Positions 13,966 through 26,796 of a DNA stretch of 64,000 nt are shown here, one piece after another; within the stretch, counting starts at the first letter, position 1, and each line of letters opens with the position of its first letter. This DNA comes from Octopus sinensis. Its lineage: Eukaryota. Below the pieces are notes generated by a model. It worked only from the letters and a program-made list of their open reading frames with translations. It was not told the DNA's origin and did not search any database. The stretch is from the NCBI RefSeq assembly GCF_006345805.1, contig NC_042997.1, forward strand, positions 159,030,001 to 159,094,000, read 5' to 3'. A program made the position numbers and the translations under genes.

Positions 13966-14331
13966 CGCTCGGGAAGTGAGAAAGTCTATCATTTGCCATG
14001 ATAGATCGCTAGCCACTTAACCTTTTTCTATTTTCTCTCCCTGTTTATTTCATATATATATATATATGTCTAGACACTAAACGTTATTTTTCTATTTTCT
14101 CTCCCTGTTTATATCTGTGTTCTTTTCTGTCGAAGAGCGTAGGCTCGAAACGTAAAAGACTTTCTCACTTCCTGAGCTTTAAACTAATACACCTGCTTGT
14201 TGTTTACACACGCATCTTCATCTTTTGTTTCTTTTTTTTTTTTTTTGCAAATTCTCACTATATATATATGTGCATGCTTTAACTTGTTTCATTCATTCCC
14301 TCTCTTTTTCTTTCACTATATATACATATAT

Positions 14332-14380
<49 letters not shown>

Positions 14381-14587
14381 TATATATATATACATATATA
14401 TATATATAGATCGCTAGCCACTACACATTCTTTATTTTCTCTCCTTGTTTCCTTCTGTGTTCCTTTCTGTGGAGGGCGTAGGGTCGAAACGTTAAAGACG
14501 TTTTCAGTTCCGGAGCGTTATACTAATACATCTGTTTGATGTCTCCACCACCTGTCTTCGTCTTTTGTTTTTTTTGTGTGAATTCTC

Positions 14588-14590
<3 letters not shown>
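13966..14590 (+). mobile_element. Tandem pair of a ~170-bp hammerhead-motif repeat (family H, PLE-terminus-like) with a short inverted fragment, embedded in (TA)n
   Basis: Copies at ~14085-14235 and ~14407-14590; 13966-13988 is the reverse complement of part of the first copy (~14157-14188). Further copies at 44455-44590 (+) and 44606-44810 (-). All end at (TA)n. Confidence 0.7.
14123..14158 (+). ncRNA. Minimal type-I hammerhead-like motif, A6U core variant
   Basis: tttt-CTGTCGA-a-GAGC gtag GCTC-GAAA-CG-TA-aaag; related copies at 14463-14497, 44465-44500 and 44699-44734 (-). Confidence 0.5.
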
Positions 14591-14656
<66 letters not shown>

Positions 14657-14685
14657 ATATATATATGGTATATATATATATACAC

Positions 14686-14717
<32 letters not shown>

Positions 14718-14775
14718 GTATGTATGTATGTATGTATACATGTATGTATGGATATGCATGCAAGTATGTATGTAC

Positions 14776-14806
<31 letters not shown>

Positions 14807-14835
14807 TGTATGTATGTATGTATGTATGTATGTAT
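14590..14835. repeat. Compound (TA)n/(TATG)n microsatellite
   Basis: Direct reading. Confidence 0.97.
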
Positions 14836-15710
14836 ACACACGCACATCAAACCAAGCTAATGCTAATGTATATTTGCATTCATGTATAAGTACTTGCGTG
14901 CGTGTGTATGTCTCTATGTGTTTAAGAAAAACAGAGTGAGAGGAGGGAAAGAGACAGAGAAAAATAAAGAACAACAGAGCGTCTAAGCAAGCATTATCAT
15001 TGCAGATTGTAGCTTAAACTGCTGTGAGATATGTGATAGTTAGAATGTTTATATCTATTGATTTTATTTTTATTTTGAATTTCATTATATTTTGTAATTT
15101 CGCCCTCCGTCTGATTTTATCAGATTCTTCATTGAAAGATTAAAAGTGGTTTGGCTTCAACAGACAGGTGTCAGCCCTTTAGCTTTGGGGCAGTAAAGTA
15201 TAACGATGTATTGATTGGTTACACCTAAACTCTCAGTGGAGTGTCAGTAAATTTTTTTTACTGTTCAGTCAACCTTTAATAATTTAACCAATATAATGAA
15301 TAATTTTATTTTTAAATCATTTAATTTAATTATTTAATTAAGGAGCCAAGTAGCATAAAGACATTTTGATTTTAGATTTTTACGAAAATAGAATGAATCA
15401 AAGCCGAGTGTGTTTACTGACCAAATAAACAGTTTATGATCGATTGTAATAGGAAGACAACAGTTTAGGAAGAAGACAGCTTTGTGGGTTAGTCACAAGG
15501 GGAAGGGCAGCGCTCATGAACTTTTCAATCAGAGCATTTACACTGATGGGGTAAGGAAGGGATAGAGAAACAGAAAGCCTTGGTCAAGAGAGCGGGCGGT
15601 GGTGTTAAACCGGTTGACGAATTATGTTTACTATCCACAAACACATACAGTTCTAACCGACGTGGTTTCACATAGTTTTTGTCTCACAAAGTTTCGGTCA
15701 TAAAGCTTGC

Positions 15711-15793
15711 GTTATGGTAAAGGACAAATATGGTTATAGTAAAGGACAAATATGGTTATGGTAAAGGACAAATATGGTTATGGTAAAGGACAA
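15711..15793. repeat. 22-bp minisatellite (ggacaaatatggttatggtaaa, ~3.8 copies) inside a degenerate minus-strand SINE B remnant
   Basis: Direct reading; the flanks resemble the reverse complement of the SINE B head and central domain. Confidence 0.85.
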
Positions 15794-18700
15794 GTCCCAA
15801 ATACGCTCAGTAATTAGGACCTGGAACGGCACAATTGTTCAGGTATTTCTTAACTACATTACGAAACCTATTTTCAGTTGTTCGTTCACCTTGTAAGGTG
15901 ATCTGATCCAAAATATTTAACTTGCATTAAATCCCTTCAAATAAATGGTTAACAGTTAAGTTATGCATAACCAAACTGTGTTTGCATACGGTGTATACAA
16001 GTCTCCTCTACACTTTGAAGACCTGGTAATATTGTAATATGTAATATTGTAAAATTGTAAAAGATCCAAAAATGAATTGCGAAAATCAAACTATGTTGGA
16101 ATTTGATTGACAAAATATGTGTGTGTGCGTGTCTGTGTGTGTGTGGGGGGGGGGGAAAGAGAGAGAAAGAGAGAAAGAGAGACAGAGAAACGGAGTGGAT
16201 TGCATATTATTGGTAGTGATTGTAGCCATTATGAGGTCTCGGTCTTTAAACGTGGGTCAGCTCTAACTGAGTTGAACCTACGACAAAAGACATTACGTAC
16301 ATTACATTAGAAGCTGCATTGTCGAATATAACTTTACATTTAAAACAACAGCAGGGTATGATTTAAGAGAGATTCGGCTGTTGTTCTTAGCAGGCCGAAC
16401 GACATGCAGATGTATGTCTCAGACGTTCATTTATACTTATATGCATTTAAGACTAGTTAGGACACACAAGGTGTCCTAACAAGAAATACTACGAAATAAA
16501 ATATATAGTAGCTGCAGGTACCTTCCACCCTACGTTCTGTTGGATGATAGTTTAATGCTTTATTCATTCCGACGTTATATCTTAATATTTTTAAAGTTTT
16601 ATATCTATCCCAAAGCAAAAATGACACTGTTGCCCTTATTACCGAACTTAATAAAAAGCGAAGAACATACAGTGGCTGTCTCTTAAACTATCACAAGTCC
16701 AGATATCTTTAGAGTATAGTTTGTTAATCAGGTCTTACCTGGTGCTGATTTCGTCAACATCATTTTTTTCTCTTATTTATTGTTTAATCATAGAAGAAAG
16801 AAAGTGCTCGTGACCTCTTTGACATCCTCTGAAACAGATGGGGAAAAGGTAGCTCAATACTTACAATGCTTACAAGAGCATGAACTTCACTAAATGCACC
16901 AAGGGAGAGATGATGCTAAACCATTTGACCGATTAAGTCAATCGCTCTAAAACTAGAAAATCTGTCCGATAGGCCTTCACACAGTTTCGGCCTTTCAAGT
17001 TTCACTCATAATATTTTGGTTACTTCGAGGCTTTGGGAGAAGTAACTTACCCCGAGAACCGTACTCCAAGATTAAGCTTGAAATAATAGAGTTTAAGAGC
17101 GAAATGGTGATTTTTCAAAATTGACATAAGCCATAATTTTTATCGTGGGGAAAATGGTCGACTAATCTGATATTATGACAGGTCTACTTCTGATTTGATC
17201 GACTTCTTAGAAACTGGCGTACAAAATTGGCGTCCGTAACAGCTGAATTTGAAATGTAATAATTAAAAGGTTCTTTATTTATGATATAGTGGAAGTATTC
17301 TACTTTGGTGGTCTACGACTCTACTATTCTAATTCTACGACTATTCTCTACATAGTTTTACACAAATGCACTTTATTGAAAACAGAGCAGTCTGTCAATC
17401 ATCTCAGCTAATAGGTTTTTACTGTATAAGTTGTGCAAATCTAACTTAGGAAGGATATTATCCACTTAATATTGGTGTCCAATTCAAGAGGAATGTTCAC
17501 ATTGTATGAAATATTGGACATGTGCATGTCACATACACCCCATCATCAATATCAGAACAAAGCAAGCGAGACAACTATTCTTTTCTGAAAATGAATGACT
17601 GATATGCTTTTTCAACTAGAAATAAATCTTGTCTCCAATGGAGTACCAGAAAGAGTAGACTTGCGAAAAAACTGTTTTCCGTATTTAGATCCACTCATTT
17701 TATGTGTCCTGTTCAAAACTCCCTTATGTTGTTTGCAATCCCATATAGTATACTGTTGTTAAAACGGTTTCATCTCTTCTACTAGCAAATTACATTTCAT
17801 CACTACCCAGTTCTACTCGCTGCATCCATTTCTTCTTTCATCACTCCTGTTGTCTTTTCTCTTCAGAACTGAGTACTGCATGTAGTAATGTTCACTATGC
17901 TCAACCAATCATTTCCAGCACCTTAATTCCCTGAAATTCCCTTCTTTACCACATTGCTGGTGTGGTGGTGGAAATCGTGGTGGTTGTAGTAGTTCAGTCC
18001 CAGATTAATCCTAGCTGGTTAGATATATAATAGCAAAGGTATTTCAACTATGCTCTCCTCTACTTTTGTGGAATATTCTTGAGTAATTTAGGGGACATTT
18101 AGGGCTGTCATTACTAATGTAGTCATACTACATGTAATTTCATAGATACTGAACTGCGGATGTTCAAACCTCAGCTACATCAATTTTTATCTATTTCAGT
18201 GGAACTGTTCAAGTGATGGGTACAGCCCCTTCAAGAAGACTAAACTTGATTATTGAGTATGGATATATTGCAGTACCAGCGATGGCATACCAACTGCTGA
18301 TTCTTTTTTTTTTCAACCATTGTGTATCTAGAACAATACTAGCCAATGTGTCCCTTTTAAGATGACAGGATGTGATTCGAAAGCCGTTTAGTTGCTATAT
18401 TTAGATATCGAGTGTCAAAGTATAAATTTTGCCTTTATCTTGTAAGGTTATGATGAATTTGATGGTTGGTTGATCTTACGTTATTTTATTTTTTATTTGT
18501 GTGCTGGTCAGAATTATCGGGACGGTGAATTTGATCGGGACAACTTTTTGGAGCGAGATTAATGTAGCATTTTACTGCATGACGAGCCAGTAATAGCATT
18601 CAAACTTTCGATCCCTTATTCAGCTGTCCTGTACTCGTTAACAATAACTTATTGTAAAAGTCTCACCATTAACTTCATAATTATGGTAATTTCAGTTATA

Positions 18701-20419
18701 TTAATTAGGTTATTGTCATTAATTACCTGTATCGACCTTTGAAGCTCGCAGCTTTGAACAGAGTTGTATTCAGTAGTATATGATAAATATATTAGCTTTA
18801 TCGCATGCCTAATAAGCCCTTGCAATTGAATTAAGCTTAATGGTATTCCCATTGTGTAATGGAAATATACTAGCAATGACGGCGACGATTGTTTGAAAGC
18901 AATTGAATTATTCAATTGCGCTGTACTTTAGTTAAAGTTTGGTACACCAAAAGCTTACTTCGGCTCAAATGTGGGAATGTTTATCAAATAAAGCAGAAAA
19001 GTGAAAAGTTTCTGAATACAAAAATATTCTAAATTGAATGCTAATTTTCTTTGCAAATAATATTGATTTATTTCATAAGACACACAATCTCATATTTATA
19101 GGAATGTGGAAATGGGATTGTGTGTTATCCGTGTTTATTTCACTACATTAATGGAGTAATGAAAAATCATTTCGAACGGGGATCGAAGTCGGCTCCTTGT
19201 CTTCACTACTTTCTTTCTTATGCAAACAAATATTATCTTGTGATCATGATACTTTCCTGAGGTCATTAGTTACATAACCCAAGCGTAATAGGTTACACCA
19301 ACACTCAAAACTGGATTTCGATCCTAAATCACGGAATACATACCATAAAACCAGCGAAGCAAATATTTAATATTAACACTTTTCTCCAACAATTGCTGAT
19401 ATTAAAACCACTTAGCTAAACGTCTCCTTAACATACCATTTTCTTACCCAAAATTCATTAGTCCCAATACAGAATTTGTAATTCTATTCCAATATCCACC
19501 AATTAAGTAAGGAATATATAGTCAAGTTTGGTTGTTGACAAACATTGTTTTGAGCAGACACTAAATTTCAATTATTAAAAATTATAACCCCAATGGGAAG
19601 AAAATTCAACAAAAATGAAAATTCTGAAAAGTAGCAAGAGAAAAAAAATGTTAAATCTTTCTTGATCAATATTTAAACGGTGATAAACAAGGGGAGTGAT
19701 TTTGATTTTTGGTAGCTATGGTGACTACTACAGACATGTTTGGGTTATATTTGACCTCCTACGTGAAGTACAGTTAACACACAACTATTAGAGTATAGAA
19801 TGATTTGACGTGTATATAAATTCGTGTGACTATAATTCGCTGATGAAGCTGTTTAAAATAATGATAAAATAAGGATTTAAAAAGATTTCTCAAAAATGCA
19901 TTGCTCATAAATATTACGGAGCTTATATTGCCGCTGCCTTTAGGGAGAGTAAAATCGCACAAATCACATTTTCTACAATTTGTAAACGTCTTGGGTTTCT
20001 GTCAGATCTCTACAAGTTTAGTGATGACTGGTGAAGAGCAGGGTGGTAGGTTTTTAGTTATAGTTTTTAGTTTTAGTTATATGGTGGAACACTAACGCAG
20101 TCACAAATTAATGACTGAAGACATATACAACATAATACCCATACCAAACCACAATAGACAGCTAAGCCGATAACCTACCTACTATGTTAAAAACAAACAC
20201 TCTAAGATTACGCAGTTTTCGACATGTTACACGATCTTGTTATAAGTAATACTCTGTACAAATGCATACATCTGTACAGATTCAGACATATACAAACATA
20301 TACGCACATATACACAAATGTGCATGTGTGTATATGTCTGTGTGTATATATTTATGTGTTTATGCATGCATGTATGTATTCTTAAACTAAAAGAAAAATA
20401 CATATCACGAGGGATTTTC

Positions 20420-20492
20420 TTTTGTATATTTCCTCGTATCATATGTGTGTGCGTGCGTGCATGTGCTTGTATGTAATATGTCTGTCTGTCTG

Positions 20493-20564
<72 letters not shown>

Positions 20565-20704
20565 TTAAGTCTGGGGAGAGTCATTCTTTCTTTTTTATTT
20601 TTCTAAAATTTTCGTGGCGTCTTGCAACCTTTTCAATAGTTTTGAATCTGTCCGTTACCCACACTGCGTTCCTTTTTGTTCGTTTGTGTGCATGTGTGTG
20701 GATT

Positions 20705-20735
<31 letters not shown>

Positions 20736-21124
20736 ATGTGTGTGTATGTGTGTGTGTGTGTGTGTGTGCTTATACATGCATGCATGTAGGTATTACGCAT
20801 GTGTATATATGCATATATGTGTGTGTTTGCATATGTATCTATTTATGTGTGTACATTTGTATGTATGTATTCTGCATATTCATGTGTTTGCATGTCCGTG
20901 TTTGTATGTATGGATGTGCATCTCTATATGTGTGGACGTGTGTCTCCATATGTGTCCTTGTGTGAAGTAAAGTATGTGTGTATATATGGTCATGTGTTTC
21001 ATTCTTCTTTTGCGTATGTATGCTTTTCTGTTCATATAACCTACGTACCTATCCGTCTGTATGTTGATCTGTTTACTTTCATATCCATATGCTTACATAC
21101 ATGTGCATATACATAAATACATAC

Positions 21125-21194
<70 letters not shown>

Positions 21195-21204
21195 TTGTGT
21201 GTAT
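20420..21204. repeat. Compound (TA)n/(TG)n/(TATG)n low-complexity block
   Basis: Direct reading; explains track ORFs 20642-21116. Confidence 0.9.
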
Positions 21205-21367
21205 AGGCGCAGGAGTGGCTGTGTGGTAAGTAGCTTGTTTACCAACCACATGGTTCCGGGTTCAGTCCAACTGCGTGGCACCTTGGGCAAGTGTCTTCTA
21301 CTATAGGCTCGGGCCGACCAAAGCCTTGTGAGTGGATTTGGTAGACGGAAAAGGAAAGAAGCCCGTC

Positions 21368-21399
<32 letters not shown>

Positions 21400-21625
21400 G
21401 TGTGCGTGTGTGTTAGTGTGTCTGTGCTTGTCCCCCTAGCATTGCTTGACAACCGATGCTGGTGTGTTTATGTCCCCGCCACTTAGCGGTTCGGCTAAGA
21501 GACCGATAGAATAAGTACTGGCCTTACAAAGAATAAGTCCCGGGATCGAGTTGCTCGATTAAAGGTGGTGCTCCAGCATGGCCGCAGTCAAATGACTGAA
21601 ACAAGTAAAGAGTAAAGAGTAAAGA
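21205..21625 (+). mobile_element. SINE family B, near-complete (tRNA-like head, central domain, internal TA/TG tract, 3' domain, gtaaaga tandem tail)
   Basis: ggctgtgtggtaag (box A-like) and gggttcagtcc (box B-like); other copies at 22955-23382 (-), 53481-53965 (+) and 60225-60730 (+). Confidence 0.9.
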
Positions 21626-21705
21626 GTATATAATTTTACCCTCAATTGTTAAAATTATATATATATATATATATTGGTAAAAACAGTAAGATAACAAAAG
21701 AAATA

Positions 21706-21837
21706 AAGATGAAACACTGAGTTTCGGATCCACACCACCATCTCTTCGGTATCTGGCCATCTGATCAGATGGCCAGATACCGAAGAGATGGTGGTGTGGA
21801 TTTCCACCTCGGCATCCGAAACTCAGAGTTTTATCTT
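21706..21837. repeat. Perfect 74-bp spacerless palindrome (21728-21801) with imperfect outer arms
   Basis: atccacaccaccatctcttcggtatctggccatctga|tcagatggccagataccgaagagatggtggtgtggat; outer arms 21706-21729 and 21814-21837 match 22/24. Confidence 0.95.
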
Positions 21838-21869
21838 GCCTACCGAATAATTGTCACATATTGTTTTAC

Positions 21870-21919
<50 letters not shown>

Positions 21920-22709
21920 TATATTATATAATATAATAAATATAATATAATATAATATAATATATATAATATAATATAATATAATATAATATAATATAAT
22001 ATAATAAAACATAATATAATATATACAATACACACGTGAATACATTTTCCATATTTGTAAATGTATACAACGACTTGATATCTCATCATACTTACAAATC
22101 TACGTTGACTTCATTGTGTCTAGAAGATTTACTCTTGTTTGGGTACATTCATAAAGGACAGCGTTCAAAAAGATATCTTTGGAAAACTATTCAGTCCAGT
22201 TTATCACTTTGCTGTTTGATGCAGATCAATATCTCAGCTTAATCCTTGTCATAAGATTTCTGTCAGATCAAACAAAGACAGTCCCTCCACTATGTGCATT
22301 TGAGATTTGTGTGTGTATGAACGTATATATGTATGTACGTTTGTGTGTATGCATATATGTATGTATGATATGTATGTATGATATGTATGTATGTGTATGC
22401 TTGTATATATGTATATATGGATATATATATATACATATATATGAATACGTATGTGTGTTGTGTGAGCGCGAGCATATGGAAGGTGGGATGGATGTAAAAA
22501 TGAGAGAGCGTCACTTGGATAACTCACTTAAACGTTCATTTTGGTTAAGCGCGTAATTTTGCATTGAAGGAAAGCAACGGTTATTTCTGACAGTTAAGCA
22601 GAGTAATCACGCGCGTACGCACACACACACACACACACACATACACACACACACCACACACACACACATCATGTCCTTCTAAATCCTTTCTCCTATAAGT
22701 ACAATGCCT

Positions 22710-22877
22710 GTACATCAATCCCAATACTTGACTGGTGCTTTTTTTCTTTTTTTTAGCGACCCCGAAAAGATGAAAGCCAAAGTCGACCTCGGTGGAATTT
22801 GAACTCAGAGCGTAGCAACAGACGATATGCCGCTAAGCATTTCGCCCGGCGTGCTAATAACTCTGCCAGCTCGCTGT
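22710..22877 (-). mobile_element. SINE family A
   Basis: Reverse complement of the family A head and core. Confidence 0.85.
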
Positions 22878-22954
22878 ATTTTTCTTCCTCTAAATGCACT
22901 CAATGTATAACTGCGCATAGTATTGAATTTTCTGTCTTTTTTACTCTCTTTTAC

Positions 22955-23174
22955 TCTTTTACTTGTTTCAGTCATTTGACTGTGGCCACGCTAGAGCACC
23001 GCCTTTAGTCGAGCAAATCGACTCCAGGACTTATTCTTTGGAAGCCTAGTACTTATTCTATCGGTCTCTTATACCGAACCGCTAAGTTACGAGGACGTAA
23101 ACACACCACCATCGGTTGTCAAGCGATGTTGGGGGAACAAACACAGACGCACAAACATATACACATATATATAT

Positions 23175-23227
<53 letters not shown>

Positions 23228-23382
23228 CGATGGGCTTCGTTCAGTTTCCGTCTACCAAATCCACTCACAAGGCTTTGGTCGGCCCGAGGCTATAATAGAA
23301 GACAATTGCCCAAGGTGCCACGCAGTGGGACTGAACCCGGAATCATGTGGTTGGTAAACAAGCTACTTACCACACAGCCACT
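22955..23382 (-). mobile_element. SINE family B
   Basis: Reverse complement of 21205-21625. Confidence 0.9.
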
Positions 23383-23696
23383 TCGACATTTTCAGTTGAT
23401 ATTATTCAAGTATGTAGAGTATGAAGAGTTATTGCGTATACAGTAGTATGTATAATGCTGAAGTATGTAAACTTTTGCTTATGGTAGCAATGTATGTATA
23501 CACCAGTATGTAGCAGTATTTGGTACTAATGTATATATGATATAGTAATGTATATATGGCAGAGCATTAAATAGTTTGAATACGTGGCTGATGGTGTGTG
23601 CGCACGGTTACTATCGCTCAATGTATGTGTCGTGTAGTGACGTTGAGTACATTAGTTGAGAGAGTTTTATGTAATGAACAATATTTAGTGAAGTGT

Positions 23697-24024
23697 AAAG
23701 CGGCGAGCTGGCAGAAATGTTAGCACGCCGGGTGAAATGCTTAGCAGTATTTCGTTTACCGCTACGTTCTGAGTTCAAATTCCGCCGAGGTCGACTTTGC
23801 CTTTCATCCTTTCGGGGTCGATAAATTAAGTACCAGTTACGACCTGGGGTCGATATAATCGACTTAATCCGTTTGTCTGTCCTTGTTTGTCCCCTCTGTG
23901 TGTAGCCCCTTGTAGGCAGTAAAGAAATAAGAAACGTTAGCACGCCGGGCGAAATGCTTATTGGTATTTCGTTTGTCTTTACGATCTGAGTTCAAATTCC
24001 GCCGAGGTCGACTTTACCTTTCAT
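23697..24024 (+). mobile_element. SINE family A nested dimer (long-tailed copy followed by a head-truncated copy)
   Basis: Junction at ~23930 (aaagaaataa|gaaacgttagcacg). Confidence 0.9.
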
Positions 24025-24591
24025 CAAGCGCTACGTTGACCAGATCCTAAGACCTCACATTGTGCCCTTCACGAGCGTCACCATAGCCACGTGTTCCAGC
24101 TGGACAATACTCCCTCCCACACGGCCAGTGTCACCATGGATTTCCTGCGTCAATACAACATCAGAACTATGCTGTGGCCTGCTCTCAGCCCCGATTTGAA
24201 CCCAATTGAACACTTGTAGGATGAAATCCAGAGATGGCTGAACTAGGTGGTCCCAAGGCAAACTACTCATGTGGAACTAGAGGCAGCTTTCCTCAGGATG
24301 TGAACATAGGTGCCAATGGCTTTTGTGAACCACCTCATGCAGTCCATGTGCAGACGGTATATGGCCGTTTTGAGCACCCAAGGAGGGCATACACGATATT
24401 GAACAAGGCACGCTCTACAATCTCGATGTGCTGGATCCGCCCACTACCAGAACACATGACAACAACCCACAGACTGGTCAAAGTGAATCCAAGAAATTAA
24501 CTTTATCAGATTTATCAAAATTTATCTCTGACATAAAATTAAAGCAGATTTCACAGTCACACACGTCTAGCGTTTCTTTTGCGGTTCAATG
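24025..24591 (+). mobile_element. Tc1 (DD34E-type) transposon 3' remnant with right end
   Basis: VFQLDNTPSHTA, WPALSPDLNPIEHL*DEI, ..QGGHTRY*; ends cgtttcttttgcggttcaatg|TA. Its 3' ~283 bp are duplicated at 24974-25257. Confidence 0.85.
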
Positions 24592-24639
24592 TATGTAAGA
24601 TAATACAGGGACAAAGGACAGTGGAGATTTTCATAAACC

Positions 24640-25960
24640 TTAACAATTATCAAGAACGTTATCAGAACGAAATTCCCCAGTAGTCGGGAAAGCCGAACCC
24701 ACTAACGACCACAGCACCCCACAGATCCCTATTCACTCTAAACACCAAAGTTGGTATGGCAAATGCTCCGTACTTTCAGCCTACAGGCACATGTTTAGAG
24801 TAGGAACAATCTTTCGGGTCATTCTCGCTACACTTTTGACAAAATTAACGGGGGCAACATCAACATATCTCTCTATCTTCACCTTCCTTTCCAAGTAGAA
24901 AGGGTTTGACGGGAAGGGAAATTGTCTTCAATCTTTTCAGACACGTCAACATCACAACCTCTTTTTTCATGGCCTTTCCTCGGGATGTGGGCATAGGTGC
25001 CAATGTCTTTTGTGAACCGCCTCATGCAGTCCATGTGTAGACAGTATATGGCCGTTTTGAGCACCCAACGAAGGCATACACGATATTGAACAAGGCACGC
25101 TCTACAATCTCGATGTGCTGGATCCACCCACTACCAGAACACATGACAGCAACCCACAGACTGTAGTCAAAGTGAATCCAAGAAATTAACTTTATCAGAT
25201 TTATCAAAATTTATCTCTGACATAAAATTAAAATAGATTTCACAGTCACACACGTCTGCCCTGAATGCTGAAGCAAAGCAAGGTTTCACAGGCAAAAACA
25301 CATCAAATTAATGGCATTCCATTCATGACCAAGCATAATGAGTCAAATAGTCGGAGCCTACTAATAGTCGGATCCTTCCCACGTGTGATAGTAGCTTTTC
25401 AACATAACACCACCAGTCAACAATGCTCAAACACTCTCAAGCCCATGCAAGACGATTTTGCTGTTCTGCGTAAATATCAAGCATTCACAACGGATGGCAC
25501 TATCATGCCTGTAGATTTATTCAGAACTGACAAAGCCCTCCCCGCACGTACACGAACATTTGTAGCACTGCTAAGCCAGAGATTATAGGAAATTTTCCAT
25601 GGGCCATACCCCGAATGTCATCCGATAAAAGACCACCTAGTTGATTTTCATTGACACTTAAAGTTTCCAGCGAAGATATTTTCGCTTTTACCACCACAAA
25701 TTCTCTGTAGAAAGCTCTAATGGAACATCCACCGACCTCATTATCCGACTGGCAGACAGCGCCGTACCTCAGTCAACGCTTTATTTAGTACTGCACTTCT
25801 ATCAGAGACGAGCTGCAGAAAAGAGTGCCAGGTAGAAGAGCATCAACGAAACGCTAGAGATATCGTAGCCTTTGCGCTTCAACCCGAATATCTGCTTGAC
25901 AACAATACCTGCTTGATATCAAAGAATTTATTGCTATTAAAGAATTCATTACCAGCAGGT
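24640..25960 (-). mobile_element. Tx1/L1-clade ORF2 C-terminal remnant, interrupted by a duplicated Tc1 3' segment (24974-25257)
   Basis: SIRAFYREFV, TFGVWPMENFL*SLA*QCY, HVGRIRL, AMKKEVVMLTCLKRLKT and FYLERKVKIERYV..VARMTR..PTLNMCL* follow the Tx1 C-terminal layout. Confidence 0.7.
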
Positions 25961-26210
25961 GGTCTACGGAAGAACCAGACAGATACTGACACAATTTAGT
26001 GTTTTAATTTATTGTATGTTTTATCATTCTTTATTCTTTGTATTTTGCTTTTTCCTCAATTACTTCCTGTCTGTATCCCCAGTCTAGCAACTTAACATAT
26101 TCCTTGTCTTTCCTTATCCTTCCTCATTGTATTTTACATACGACTACTATCAACATGTTCTAGTTAAACTTAGGCGCGAAACGCCGCTTATGTTACGCAA
26201 AACCAAGTTA

Positions 26211-26320
26211 TATTATCTGAAGAGATGCTTCTGCACTGTGGAGGGCATTGGAATTCACTGTATAGATTTCCACCCACGTGGGAGAGGTGCAGGATGTGTC
26301 GAAAGGAACGTTGTGGTAAT
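26211..26320 (+). ncRNA. Hammerhead-like motif with a long stem II and damaged stem III
   Basis: CTGAAGA (26217-26223), GATGCTTCTGCAC pairing with GTGCAGGA-T-GTGTC (26287-26300), then GAAA (26301-26304); the cleavage-site region is irregular (ggaacgtt). Confidence 0.4.
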
Positions 26321-26387
26321 TAAACTTACCAGTACACTCAATCTTCCGTATCAGTTGTTTCTATTATGCGTGTGCGTGCGCGTGTGA

Positions 26388-26442
<55 letters not shown>

Positions 26443-26618
26443 GATAAGAAAGTTTGTTTGGTAAAGCACGTGGGTGAATATATAAGAAAATAGTAAAGTG
26501 TGAAAAAACGACAGAAGGCTTAAATGTTAAAAAATATATATATTTGTGTCAAAATGTCTGGAGAATATTGGAAAAATTTTTTTCCTTTCCTTAAAATGAC
26601 ATAATTTTAAAAATTTTT

Positions 26619-26658
26619 AAGAAATTACCGGTTTCGCGTGTAGCTTTTCAAATTTCTT
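26619..26658 (-). ncRNA. Minimal hammerhead-like motif (U3-A8 variant), left-arm copy
   Basis: Exact reverse complement of 28526-28565. Confidence 0.65.
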
Positions 26659-26796
26659 GTGACGTTATGTTTATATTGCATGGAATTATCGTTGTTTTTA
26701 TTTCCAGGAGATTTCTAAATAAGGGGAGGTAGTGAGTGATTTTTTCCGGTGTAGGGGAGATATTCGCTTAAAAATATTTTTTTTCCCTTTTCCTTG

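Noticed and set aside
15711-15793. CRISPR-like array
   Set aside because: Units are contiguous with no spacers; eukaryotic context with no cas genes.
17450-17960. Possible RTE-type RT remnant on the minus strand
   Set aside because: Only one weak motif (SILYG); not enough to call.
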